Source of the DNA: Rhodospirillaceae bacterium
GTDB lineage: Bacteria; Pseudomonadota; Alphaproteobacteria; Rhodospirillales; Casp-alpha2
Direction of reading: 5' to 3'
DNA length: 64,000 nucleotides
Assembly: GCA_038125725.1 (NCBI GenBank)
Contig: JAYPEK010000007.1
Location: 52,139 to 116,138 of the forward strand
The first letter of the stretch is position 1. Each line of letters starts with the position of its first letter. Of the stretch, positions 55,842 to 64,000 are shown one piece after another. A program made the position numbers and the translations under genes. The notes beneath the pieces are model-generated. The model was not told the DNA's origin and did not search any database. It was given only the letters and a program-made list of their open reading frames with translations.

Positions 55842-57293
55842 ATGATCGACGTATTCCCCTTCGCGGGCTATCCCGTCGCGGTTTTCGGCCTCGGCCAATC
55901 GGGGCTGGCGACCGCGCGCGCACTCGTGCGCAGCGAGGCCGAGGTCTGGGCCTGGGACGACAACGAAAACGCCCGCCAGCGCGCCGAGGACGAAGGCATT
56001 CCGCTGGTCGATCTCTACCATTGCGACTGGCGCGAGCTGACGACGCTGGTCCTGAGCCCCGGCGTGCCGCTCAACCATCCGCATCCGCACCCCATCGTCG
56101 ATCTGGCCCGCGAAGCCGGCTGCGAGGTGATCGGCGACATCGAGCTCCTGGGCCGCACCCAGCGCTGGTGCAACTACATCGGCATCACCGGCACCAACGG
56201 CAAGTCGACGACCACCGCGCTTCTGGGCCACATCATGCAGGTTTCCGGCCGCGAGGCGGAAGTCGGCGGCAACCTCGGCGTGCCGGCGCTGACGTTGGAG
56301 CCGCTCGGGCCGGAAGGCACCTACGTGCTGGAGATGTCGTCCTACCAACTGGAACTGACGGTCTCTATCACCTTCGACGTGGCGGTGCTGCTGAACCTGA
56401 GCGCCGACCACCTGGACCGCCACGGCGGCATGGACGGCTACATCGCCGCCAAGAAGCTGATCTTCCATCGCCAGACCAAGCCGCGCACGGCGGTGATCGG
56501 CGTCGATGACCCGTTCTGCCAGAAGATCGCGGCGGAACTGAAGGCCGCCGACGAGCAGGAAGTGATCGAGGTCTCGGGCGAGCGCCAAGTGCCGGGCGGC
56601 GTCTACGCGATCGACGGCGTTCTCATCGACGACACCGAGGGCTCGGCGACGCCGGTCTGCAACCTGCGCGAAAACCCGAGCCTGCCGGGTTCCCACAACG
56701 CCCAGAACGCCGCCGCCGCCTACGCCGCCGCCAAGATCGCCGGCGTCGCGCCGCACGCGATCATGGCCTGCATCCAGAGCTACCCCGGCCTCGTGCACCG
56801 CCAGGAGCCGGTGGAACTGGTGGATGGCGTCGCCTTCGTCAACGATTCCAAGGCCACCAACGCCGACGCGGCGGCCCGCGCGCTGGCCAGCTACGACATC
56901 ATCCATTGGATCGCCGGCGGCCGGCCCAAGGAAGGCGGCCTTGGCGTCGCCATGGATCATCTAGCCGGCGTGCGCCATGCCTACCTGATCGGCGAGGCGG
57001 CGCTGGCTTTCTCGCAGGCGCTCGACGGCAAGGTCCCGTTCACGCTTTCCGGCACCCTGGAAGATGCCGTCCAACAGGCTTTCGAGGCGGCCAGAACGGA
57101 GGCCAACCAGCGTCCGGTTGTCCTGCTGTCCCCGGCCTGCGCGTCGTTCGACCAGTTCGCCAGCTTCGAGGCGCGCGGCGATGCCTTCAAGGAAATGGTC
57201 GAGGCGCTGCCGGGTGAGCACCTGGACCCCTATGAAGAGCCCGGCCTGTTTCCGGGCACCGAGGCGCCGGGTGCGCGGGAAGGTGCCGCATGA
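55842..57293 (+). CDS. murD: UDP-N-acetylmuramoylalanine--D-glutamate ligase
   Basis: 483 aa. P-loop GTNGKSTTT. It sits in the expected dcw position. Confidence 0.93.
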   Translation: MIDVFPFAGYPVAVFGLGQSGLATARALVRSEAEVWAWDDNENARQRAEDEGIPLVDLYHCDWRELTTLVLSPGVPLNHPHPHPIVDLAREAGCEVIGDIELLGRTQRWCNYIGITGTNGKSTTTALLGHIMQVSGREAEVGGNLGVPALTLEPLGPEGTYVLEMSSYQLELTVSITFDVAVLLNLSADHLDRHGGMDGYIAAKKLIFHRQTKPRTAVIGVDDPFCQKIAAELKAADEQEVIEVSGERQVPGGVYAIDGVLIDDTEGSATPVCNLRENPSLPGSHNAQNAAAAYAAAKIAGVAPHAIMACIQSYPGLVHRQEPVELVDGVAFVNDSKATNADAAARALASYDIIHWIAGGRPKEGGLGVAMDHLAGVRHAYLIGEAALAFSQALDGKVPFTLSGTLEDAVQQAFEAARTEANQRPVVLLSPACASFDQFASFEARGDAFKEMVEALPGEHLDPYEEPGLFPGTEAPGAREGAA

Positions 57294-58414
57294 CCACCTG
57301 GGCGCGTTCCGATACCTCGCTCGTCGGCCGCTGGTGGTGGACCGTGGACCGCTGGCTGCTGGCCGCCCTGATCGGGCTCGGGCTCGCGGGCGTCATCCTC
57401 ACGCTGGCGGCGTCGCCGGCGGTGGCCGAACGCATCGGCCTCGATACCTTCTACTTCGCGCGCCGCCAGATGGTGTTCATCGGCCTGGCGCTGGCGGTCA
57501 TGGTGATGGTCTCGTTCCTGTCGCCCAAGGGGGTCAGGCGGCTCGCCGCGTTGACGACGCTCGGCGCCGTCGTCCTGATGATGGCGACGCTGGTCGCCGG
57601 CGTCGAGATCAAGGGTGCCACCCGCTGGCTGCAACTGGGCGGTTTCTCGCTGCAGCCGAGCGAATTCGCCAAGCCCGGTTTCGCGGTGCTGGCGGCCTGG
57701 TTCTTCTCCATGCGCAAGCTGGACGATCATTTCCCCGGTTATGCGCTGGCCACCGGGCTGTTCACCATCGTTGCCGGGTTGCTGTTGTTGCAGCCGGACG
57801 TCGGCATGACGCTGGTGATCGCCGCCATCTGGGGCGTTGAGTTCTTCGTCGCCGGGCTGCCGTTGGTGTTCGTCGCCGGCCTCGCCATGCTGATGCTGGG
57901 CGGCAGCGTCGGCGCCTATTTCACCTTCGACCACGTGCGTTCGCGGGTCGACCGCTTCCTCGATCCGGAAGCCGGCATCGGCTATCAGGTGGCGCGTTCC
58001 TTGGATGCCTTCCGCAACGGCGGCTGGGCCGGGCGCGGCCCCGGCGAAGGCCGGGTCAAGGAAGTGCTGCCGGATGCCCACGCCGATTTCATCTTCGCCG
58101 TCGCCGGCGAGGAATTCGGCCTCATCGCCTGCCTGATCGTGCTGGCGCTGTTCGTTTTCGTTGTGCTGCGCGGCTTTAGCCGGGTGCTCAAGGACCAGGA
58201 CCTGTTCGTGCTGCTCGCCGTGACGGGCCTCCTGACCCAGTTCGGCCTGCAGGCGCTGATCAACATGGCGTCGACGGTCAACCTGATGCCGCCCAAGGGC
58301 ATGACCCTGCCGCTGATTTCCTACGGCGGGTCGTCGACCCTGGCGCTGGGGCTCGGGCTCGGCATGGTGCTGGCGCTGACCAGGCTGCGTCCCGACCGGG
58401 AGGGCATCCGATGA
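57290..58414 (+). CDS. ftsW: Peptidoglycan glycosyltransferase FtsW (SEDS family)
   Basis: 374-aa polytopic protein with SEDS motifs (LQPSEFAKP, PDAHADFIFA, LPLISYGGSS). The start overlaps the murD stop (ATGA). Confidence 0.92.
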   Translation: MTTWARSDTSLVGRWWWTVDRWLLAALIGLGLAGVILTLAASPAVAERIGLDTFYFARRQMVFIGLALAVMVMVSFLSPKGVRRLAALTTLGAVVLMMATLVAGVEIKGATRWLQLGGFSLQPSEFAKPGFAVLAAWFFSMRKLDDHFPGYALATGLFTIVAGLLLLQPDVGMTLVIAAIWGVEFFVAGLPLVFVAGLAMLMLGGSVGAYFTFDHVRSRVDRFLDPEAGIGYQVARSLDAFRNGGWAGRGPGEGRVKEVLPDAHADFIFAVAGEEFGLIACLIVLALFVFVVLRGFSRVLKDQDLFVLLAVTGLLTQFGLQALINMASTVNLMPPKGMTLPLISYGGSSTLALGLGLGMVLALTRLRPDREGIR

Positions 58415-59535
58415 CCGCGCCACGCAACCCGTTGATCATCCTCGCCGCCGGCGGCACCGGCGGACACGTGTTTCCGGCCGAGGCGCTGGCCACCGAATTG
58501 GCTGGCCGTGACTGCCGCCTGGCGCTGATCACCGACCGCCGCGGCGGCGCCTATTCGGGCGTGCTCGGCAACCTGGAGGCCCATCGCATCCGTGCCGGCG
58601 GCGTTGCCGGCAAGCGCATCGTGGCGTTGCTGCAAAGCGGCCCGGAACTGGCCATCGGGCTCATTCAGGCACGCGGGCTGTTGAAGAAACTGAAGCCCGA
58701 CGTGGTCGTCGGCTTCGGCGGTTATGCCTCGGTGCCGACCATGCTGGCGGCCTGCCTGGGCGGCTTCCGCACCGCCATTCACGAACAGAACGCCGTCTTG
58801 GGCCGCGCCAACCGGTTGTTGGCGCCGCGCGTCGACCGGGTCGCCACCTGCTTCGATCCGGTCGAGGGCCTGCCCGACGGCGCCGAAGGCAAGGTGACGT
58901 TGACCGGTATGCCGGTGCGCCCGTCGATCCTGGCCGTCGAGGATGCCGCCTATCCGGCCATCGCCGACGACGGCCCGTTCCGGCTGTTGGTCATCGGTGG
59001 GTCGCAGGGCGCGCGTGTGCTCAGCGACGTGGTGCCGGCGGCCGTGAAGGCCCTGCCGGAAGCGCTGCGCCAGCGCCTCGAGATCGTCCAGCAATGCCGG
59101 CCCGAGGACCTGGACCGGGTCCGCGCTGCCTATGCGGAAATCGGTGCCAAGGCGGAACTGGCCAGTTTCTTCGACGATGTGCCCCAGCGCCTCGCCGCCG
59201 CGCATCTGGTGATCGCGCGGGCGGGCGCCTCCACGGTGGCGGAAGTGACCGCCGTCGGCCGGCCGTCACTGTTGATCCCTTACCCCTATGCCACCGATGA
59301 CCACCAGGCGCGCAACGCCCATGCCGTCGACGAGGCCGGCGCCGGCTGGCTGCTGCCGGAACCGGCGTTCACGCCGGATGCGCTGGCGGGCCGTATCGAA
59401 TCCCTGCTCGGCATGCCGGTGGTGCTGGAGCGCACGGCGGCCAACGCCAAGCGCCTTGGGCGGCCCGGCGCCGCCAAAACCCTGGCCGAACTGGTGCTCG
59501 GCCTGGTTCCCAACGGTGAAAGGAGGGGGGCATGA
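58411..59535 (+). CDS. murG: UDP-N-acetylglucosamine--N-acetylmuramyl-(pentapeptide) pyrophosphoryl-undecaprenol GlcNAc transferase
   Basis: 374 aa. [11 protein letters not shown]-terminal motif. The start overlaps the ftsW stop (ATGA). Confidence 0.93.
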   Translation: MTAPRNPLIILAAGGTGGHVFPAEALATELAGRDCRLALITDRRGGAYSGVLGNLEAHRIRAGGVAGKRIVALLQSGPELAIGLIQARGLLKKLKPDVVVGFGGYASVPTMLAACLGGFRTAIHEQNAVLGRANRLLAPRVDRVATCFDPVEGLPDGAEGKVTLTGMPVRPSILAVEDAAYPAIADDGPFRLLVIGGSQGARVLSDVVPAAVKALPEALRQRLEIVQQCRPEDLDRVRAAYAEIGAKAELASFFDDVPQRLAAAHLVIARAGASTVAEVTAVGRPSLLIPYPYATDDHQARNAHAVDEAGAGWLLPEPAFTPDALAGRIESLLGMPVVLERTAANAKRLGRPGAAKTLAELVLGLVPNGERRGA

Positions 59536-60971
59536 GAAGCCTTCCCTTGGATCTCGGCACCCTGCATTTCGTCGGCATCGGCGGCATCGGCATGAGCGGC
59601 ATCGCCGAAGTGCTGCATACGCTGGGTTATGCCGTGCAGGGCTCGGACCTCGGTGACAGCGCCAACGTGCAGCGGCTCCGGGGGCTCGGTATCCAAGTGG
59701 CCGTCGGCCATAACGCCGCCAACCTGGGGGACGCGCAGGTGGTGGTGATCTCGAGCGCCGTCAAGCGTGATAACCCGGAAGTCGCCGCCGCCCGCGACCG
59801 GCTTATCCCGGTGGTGCGCCGGGCCGAGATGCTGGGTGAGCTGATGCGCCTTAAATGGTCGATCGCGGTGGGCGGCACCCACGGCAAGACCACGACCACG
59901 TCGCTGATCGCGGCGATGCTGGATGGCGCCGGGCTCGACCCGACCGTCATCAACGGCGGCATCATCAATGCCTGGGGCACCAACGCGCGGCTCGGCAGTG
60001 GCGACTGGCTGGTGGCGGAGGCCGACGAGTCCGACGGCACGTTCCTGAAGCTGCCGGCGACAGTGGCGGTGGTCACCAACATCGACCCCGAGCACATGGA
60101 GCACTACGGCACCTTCGACGACCTGCGCCGCGCCTTCGACCATTTCGTCGAGAACATCCCGTTCTACGGCTTTGCCACGCTCTGCGTCGATCATCCGGAA
60201 GTACAGGCGATGATCCCGCGCGTTTCCGACCGGCGCATCATCACCTACGGCTTCTCGCCGCAGGCGGATGTACGCGGTGTCGACCTGCAAACCGGTCCCG
60301 GCGGCACGCGCTTCGACATCGTATTGACCGACCGCAAGACCGGCACCGAAGAGCGGTTTAAGGATTTCCTTTTGCCGATGATCGGCGAGCACAACGTGCA
60401 GAACGCGCTCGCCGCCATCGCCATCGGCTGGGAGATGCAGATCCCGGAGGCCAAGATGCGCGCGGCGCTGGCTGGGTTCGAAGGCGTCAAGCGCCGCTTC
60501 ACCCGTACCGGCGAGACCGACGGCATCACCGTTATCGACGACTACGGCCACCACCCCGTCGAGATCGCCGCCGTCCTGAAGGCGGCGCGTGCCGCGACGC
60601 GGAGCCGCGTCATCGCCGTCGTGCAGCCGCACCGCTTCACTCGGCTGCGCGATCTGTTCGAGGATTTCTGCACCTGCTTCAACGATGCAGACGCGGTCGT
60701 GGTTGCGCCGGTGCATCCGGCCGGCGAGCAACCCATCGAGGGCGTCGATTCCGCTGCCCTGGCCGAGGGGCTCCGCCATCACGGTCACCGGGCGGTGCGG
60801 ACCCTTGCCGGCCCGGACGACCTGCCGGGCCTGATCGACGAATTGGCGGAGGCGGGCGATCTGGTGGTCTGCCTGGGCGCGGGATCGATTTCCGCCTGGG
60901 CCAATGCGCTGCCAGACGACCTGCGCCGGCTGCGCGCGGCAAAGAAGGAGGCGGCGAATGATGCCGGCTGA
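59532..60971 (+). CDS. murC: UDP-N-acetylmuramate--L-alanine ligase
   Basis: 479 aa. Contains [17 protein letters not shown] and the P-loop [10 protein letters not shown]. The start overlaps the murG stop (ATGA). Confidence 0.93.
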   Translation: MRSLPLDLGTLHFVGIGGIGMSGIAEVLHTLGYAVQGSDLGDSANVQRLRGLGIQVAVGHNAANLGDAQVVVISSAVKRDNPEVAAARDRLIPVVRRAEMLGELMRLKWSIAVGGTHGKTTTTSLIAAMLDGAGLDPTVINGGIINAWGTNARLGSGDWLVAEADESDGTFLKLPATVAVVTNIDPEHMEHYGTFDDLRRAFDHFVENIPFYGFATLCVDHPEVQAMIPRVSDRRIITYGFSPQADVRGVDLQTGPGGTRFDIVLTDRKTGTEERFKDFLLPMIGEHNVQNALAAIAIGWEMQIPEAKMRAALAGFEGVKRRFTRTGETDGITVIDDYGHHPVEIAAVLKAARAATRSRVIAVVQPHRFTRLRDLFEDFCTCFNDADAVVVAPVHPAGEQPIEGVDSAALAEGLRHHGHRAVRTLAGPDDLPGLIDELAEAGDLVVCLGAGSISAWANALPDDLRRLRAAKKEAANDAG

Positions 60972-61902
60972 GCCCATGCCGTCGCTGATCGAGCGCTTGC
61001 CCCCTGTGCGCGGGCGGCTGGAAGCCGCGGCGCCCCTGGCGCGTTATACCTGGTTCAAGACCGGCGGCCCGGCTGAGGTGCTGTTTCAGCCCGCCGACGC
61101 CGACGATCTGGCGGCATTCCTGGCCGCCGTCGATCCGGCCGTGCCGGTGACGGTGTTCGGCAATGCCTCTAACCTGCTGATCCGCGACGGCGGCATCGAT
61201 GGCGTCGTTATCCGCTTGGGCCGCGCCTTTTCCGCCATCGCCGTCGACGGCCTGGAGATCACCGCCGGTGCCGGCGCTGCCGATTTGAACGTCGCCCGCG
61301 CGGCCCGCGATGCCGGCATTGCCGGGCTCGAATTTCTGGCTGGCGTGCCGGGCGCCATCGGCGGCGCGGTCCGGATGAACGCCGGTGCCTACGGCGGCGA
61401 GATTGCCGACGTTCTGGTCAGCGCCGACGTGGTCGGATCGGACGGCATCCGCGCGACCTTGACGAAAGATGCCATCGGCTTTTCCTACCGCCGTTCGGGC
61501 CTGGCCGAAGGCGCCATCGTGGTTGCGGTGCGTCTTAAGGGTGAGGCCGGCGACAAGGACGCCATCGCCGCGCGGATGGACAATATCCAGCGCCAGCGCG
61601 AGGCCTCGCAGCCGGTGCGTACCATGACCGGCGGTTCCACCTTCAAGAATCCGCAAGGCCACAAGGCCTGGGAACTGGTCGATGCGGCCGGCTGCCGGGG
61701 GCTCCGACGGGGCCAGGCCGTGGTCTCCGAGCAGCATTGCAATTTCCTCGTCAACGAGGGCGGCGCCACGGCGGCCGACCTGGAAGGGCTCGGCGAGGAA
61801 GTGCGCCGCCGGGTGATGGCGCATGCGGGCATCGAGTTGGAATGGGAAATCCGCCGCGTCGGCAAGCCGGCGGGCGCGGGCCTTTCGGAGGTGACGTCAT
61901 GA
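60958..61902 (+). CDS. murB: UDP-N-acetylenolpyruvoylglucosamine reductase
   Basis: ATG at 60958 ([21 protein letters not shown]...). It has an FAD-binding PCMH domain and a GSTFKNP motif. It overlaps murC by 14 nt. Confidence 0.9.
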   Translation: MMPAEPMPSLIERLPPVRGRLEAAAPLARYTWFKTGGPAEVLFQPADADDLAAFLAAVDPAVPVTVFGNASNLLIRDGGIDGVVIRLGRAFSAIAVDGLEITAGAGAADLNVARAARDAGIAGLEFLAGVPGAIGGAVRMNAGAYGGEIADVLVSADVVGSDGIRATLTKDAIGFSYRRSGLAEGAIVVAVRLKGEAGDKDAIAARMDNIQRQREASQPVRTMTGGSTFKNPQGHKAWELVDAAGCRGLRRGQAVVSEQHCNFLVNEGGATAADLEGLGEEVRRRVMAHAGIELEWEIRRVGKPAGAGLSEVTS

Positions 61903-62801
61903 CCAAGCACGTTGCCATCCTGATGGGCGGCTGGTCGGCGGAGCGCGAGGTGTCGCTGGTCTCCGGCGCCGCTTGCACCAAGGCCTTGAAGGAAGCCGGT
62001 TACGACGTCACGCCGATCGACGTACAGCGCGACATGGGTGCCTTGATGACGCGGCTCTACCCGAAACCGGACGCGGTGTTCAACGCGCTGCACGGGCGCT
62101 ACGGCGAGGACGGCTGCGTGCAGGGGCTGTTGGATATCCTGGGTATTCCCTACACCCATTCGGGGCTGTTGGCGTCGGCGCTCGCCATGGACAAGCCGAT
62201 GGCCAAGAAGCAATTCGCCGCCGCCGGCATTCCCGTCGCCGAGCACGTCATCGTCACGCCGGACGAGATTCTGGCCGGCGACGTCATGCCGCGTCCCTAT
62301 GTGATCAAGCCGGCCAACGAAGGCTCCAGCGTCGGCGTGCAGATCGTACGCGAAGGCGACAACGGCCCGGTCATGGACGACGGCATGGTCGGCAGCCGCC
62401 AGATGATGGTCGAGCGCATGATCGAGGGGCGCGAGCTGACCGTTGCGGTCATGGGCGGCGAGGCGCTGGCGGTCACGGAAGTGACGACGCACCGGGGGTT
62501 CTACGACTACGACGCCAAGTACGTGGACGGCGGTTCAATCCACCAGATTCCCGCCGATATCGACGACGGCCTGACCCAGGAGACCATGCGGTTGGCGGAG
62601 TTGGCGCACGAGGCGCTGGGATGCCGGGGCGTTTCCCGGGCGGATTTCCGTTACGACGGCGACAGTCTCTACATCCTCGAGGTCAACACCCAGCCCGGCA
62701 TGACGCCGACCTCGCTGGTGCCGGAACAGGCTCTCTACAAGGGCATGTCTTTCCCCGACCTGGTGTCGTGGATGGTTGAAAACGCGGAGTACGATCAATG
62801 A
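61899..62801 (+). CDS. ddl: D-alanine--D-alanine ligase
   Basis: ATG at 61899 overlaps the murB stop (ATGA). It begins [19 protein letters not shown] and has ATP-grasp motifs (EVNTQPGMT). Confidence 0.93.
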   Translation: MTKHVAILMGGWSAEREVSLVSGAACTKALKEAGYDVTPIDVQRDMGALMTRLYPKPDAVFNALHGRYGEDGCVQGLLDILGIPYTHSGLLASALAMDKPMAKKQFAAAGIPVAEHVIVTPDEILAGDVMPRPYVIKPANEGSSVGVQIVREGDNGPVMDDGMVGSRQMMVERMIEGRELTVAVMGGEALAVTEVTTHRGFYDYDAKYVDGGSIHQIPADIDDGLTQETMRLAELAHEALGCRGVSRADFRYDGDSLYILEVNTQPGMTPTSLVPEQALYKGMSFPDLVSWMVENAEYDQ

Positions 62802-63652
62802 GCGAAGCGAAAGGCCAGAAAGGCAAATCGAGCACGGGCAAGCGCCGCCGCCAGCGGCAATGGGGCGCGTTGCTGACCGGTAGGCGCATGGTCGTCGCCG
62901 TGACGCTGTTGCTGGTCGCGTTGGCCGGTGCCGGCGGCTGGTGGGCCTGGTCCGGCGGACACGTGGAACGGGTGGCGGGAAAACTGCACTGGCGCCTGAT
63001 CGCGGCAACCTCGCAGCTAGGCTTCAAGGTCGATGAAATCCTGGTCGTCGGCCGCCGCGAGACGCGCCAGGAGGATCTGCTGGAGGCCGTGCGCCTGGCG
63101 CGCGGCGCGCCGATCCTGGCGTTCGATCTGAAGGCCGCGAAAGCGCGGGTGGAGAAGCTGCCGTGGGTGAAGACCGCCACGGTCGAGCGCATGCTGCCCA
63201 ACACCATCTTGCTCAACGTCGAGGAGCGCCAGCCCATCGCCATCTGGCAGCACAAGGGCGAGTTCGCGCTGATCGATCATACCGGCGAGGTGATCATGCG
63301 CGACGGCCTGGCGCGATTCGCCGACCTCATCGTCGTGGTCGGAAAGGAAGCGCCGAAGCGGGCCTCTTCGCTATTGCAGATGCTGAGCGCCGCGCCGGAA
63401 CTGATTTCCTTCGTCAAGGCGGCCCAGTGGGTCGGCGAGCGGCGCTGGAACCTGCGGCTCAAGGGCGGCATCGACGTGCGCCTGCCGGAAGCCGACGCCG
63501 CCGCCGCCTGGCAAAGGCTGGCCGACTACGAGCGCGCGCACCGGGTGCTGGAGCGCGACGTGCAGGTGCTGGACCTGCGCATCCCGGACCGGCTGATCGT
63601 GCGTAAAACGCCGCGCCCGGAGAACGAAAAGAAGAAAGGTCAGGAGACCTGA
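62798..63652 (+). CDS. ftsQ: Cell division protein FtsQ
   Basis: 284 aa. It has a basic N-terminus, one TM helix, and POTRA plus FtsQ domains. The start overlaps the ddl stop (ATGA). Confidence 0.88.
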   Translation: MSEAKGQKGKSSTGKRRRQRQWGALLTGRRMVVAVTLLLVALAGAGGWWAWSGGHVERVAGKLHWRLIAATSQLGFKVDEILVVGRRETRQEDLLEAVRLARGAPILAFDLKAAKARVEKLPWVKTATVERMLPNTILLNVEERQPIAIWQHKGEFALIDHTGEVIMRDGLARFADLIVVVGKEAPKRASSLLQMLSAAPELISFVKAAQWVGERRWNLRLKGGIDVRLPEADAAAAWQRLADYERAHRVLERDVQVLDLRIPDRLIVRKTPRPENEKKKGQET

Positions 63653-63676
63653 GGTGATGAAGGACGAAACCGCGTC

Positions 63677-64000
63677 ATGAGAAACGGCGGCAAAATGCAG
63701 AAGGTGAAACCGCGCAACGGCCTGGTGGCGGCGCTCGACGTCGGCACCACCAAGGTCTGCTGCCTGATCGCGCGCACCGGCGGCGACCAGGGACCGCGCA
63801 TCGTCGGTATCGGCCATCAGGTCTCCAAGGGCCTGCGCAACGGCACCATCGTCGACCTGGACCAGGCCGAGACCTCGATCCGCGCCACGGTGGAAGCGGC
63901 CGAGCAGATGGCCGGCGAGAACATCCACGAGGTGGTCGTCAACCTGAGCGGCGGCAAGCCGAAATCGAGACTGGTCGCCTACGAGGTCGCCATCGGCGGC
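63677..64000 (+). CDS. ftsA: Cell division protein FtsA (N-terminal part; continues beyond the window)
   Basis: My own translation from ATG 63677 gives MRNGGKMQKVKPRNGLVAALDVGTTKVCCLIAR... This carries the actin-like phosphate-1 motif. ATG 63695 is an alternative start. Confidence 0.88.
   Translation, partial: MRNGGKMQKVKPRNGLVAALDVGTTKVCCLIARTGGDQGPRIVGIGHQVSKGLRNGTIVDLDQAETSIRATVEAAEQMAGENIHEVVVNLSGGKPKSRLVAYEVAIGG

Overview
High-GC chromosomal segment. Gene content and order look alphaproteobacterial, possibly Rhodospirillales-like, but that is inference only. It is densely packed, with many start/stop overlaps, and I saw no tRNA, rRNA, CRISPR array, IS element, integrase or phage genes.

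Positions 1-47.3 kb carry metabolism, transport and sensing genes:
- a proXWV-type betaine ABC importer;
- a LysR-controlled PrpD-like / MaoC / acyl-CoA dehydrogenase / family III CoA-transferase cluster that resembles itaconate-type C5-dicarboxylate catabolism;
- a marR-emrAB-like efflux operon;
- two further acyl-CoA and hydroxy-acid gene groups;
- envelope proteins of unknown function;
- a CorA-family channel translationally coupled to an MscK-like channel;
- an orphan OmpR-type regulator next to a TolC-family gene;
- a fused 1211-aa oxoprolinase;
- a chemoreceptor with a c-type haem motif;
- PilZ, DjlA and AmpD homologues.

RNase P RNA (rnpB) lies at about 47.3-47.7 kb. From 48.07 kb to the window end there is a complete, tightly coupled dcw cluster: mraZ-rsmH-ftsL-ftsI-murE-murF-mraY-murD-ftsW-murG-murC-murB-ddl-ftsQ-ftsA (ftsA is partial).

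I found no defence-island-like or obviously novel multi-gene system. The observations most worth following up are:
1. two genes interrupted by single in-frame stop codons, the haem-motif chemoreceptor and a beta-lactamase-family hydrolase;
2. two strong intrinsic terminators whose U-tracts face away from the adjacent genes, which suggests possible unannotated sRNAs, one with an anti-SD-like linker;
3. a 10-bp-phased CCCA/TGGG repeat array upstream of mraZ;
4. perfect palindromic operators beside three regulators;
5. a small ORF next to the orphan TolC gene with a motif that, from memory, resembles RTX/T1SS substrates.

The many long ORFs antisense to real genes are high-GC artefacts.
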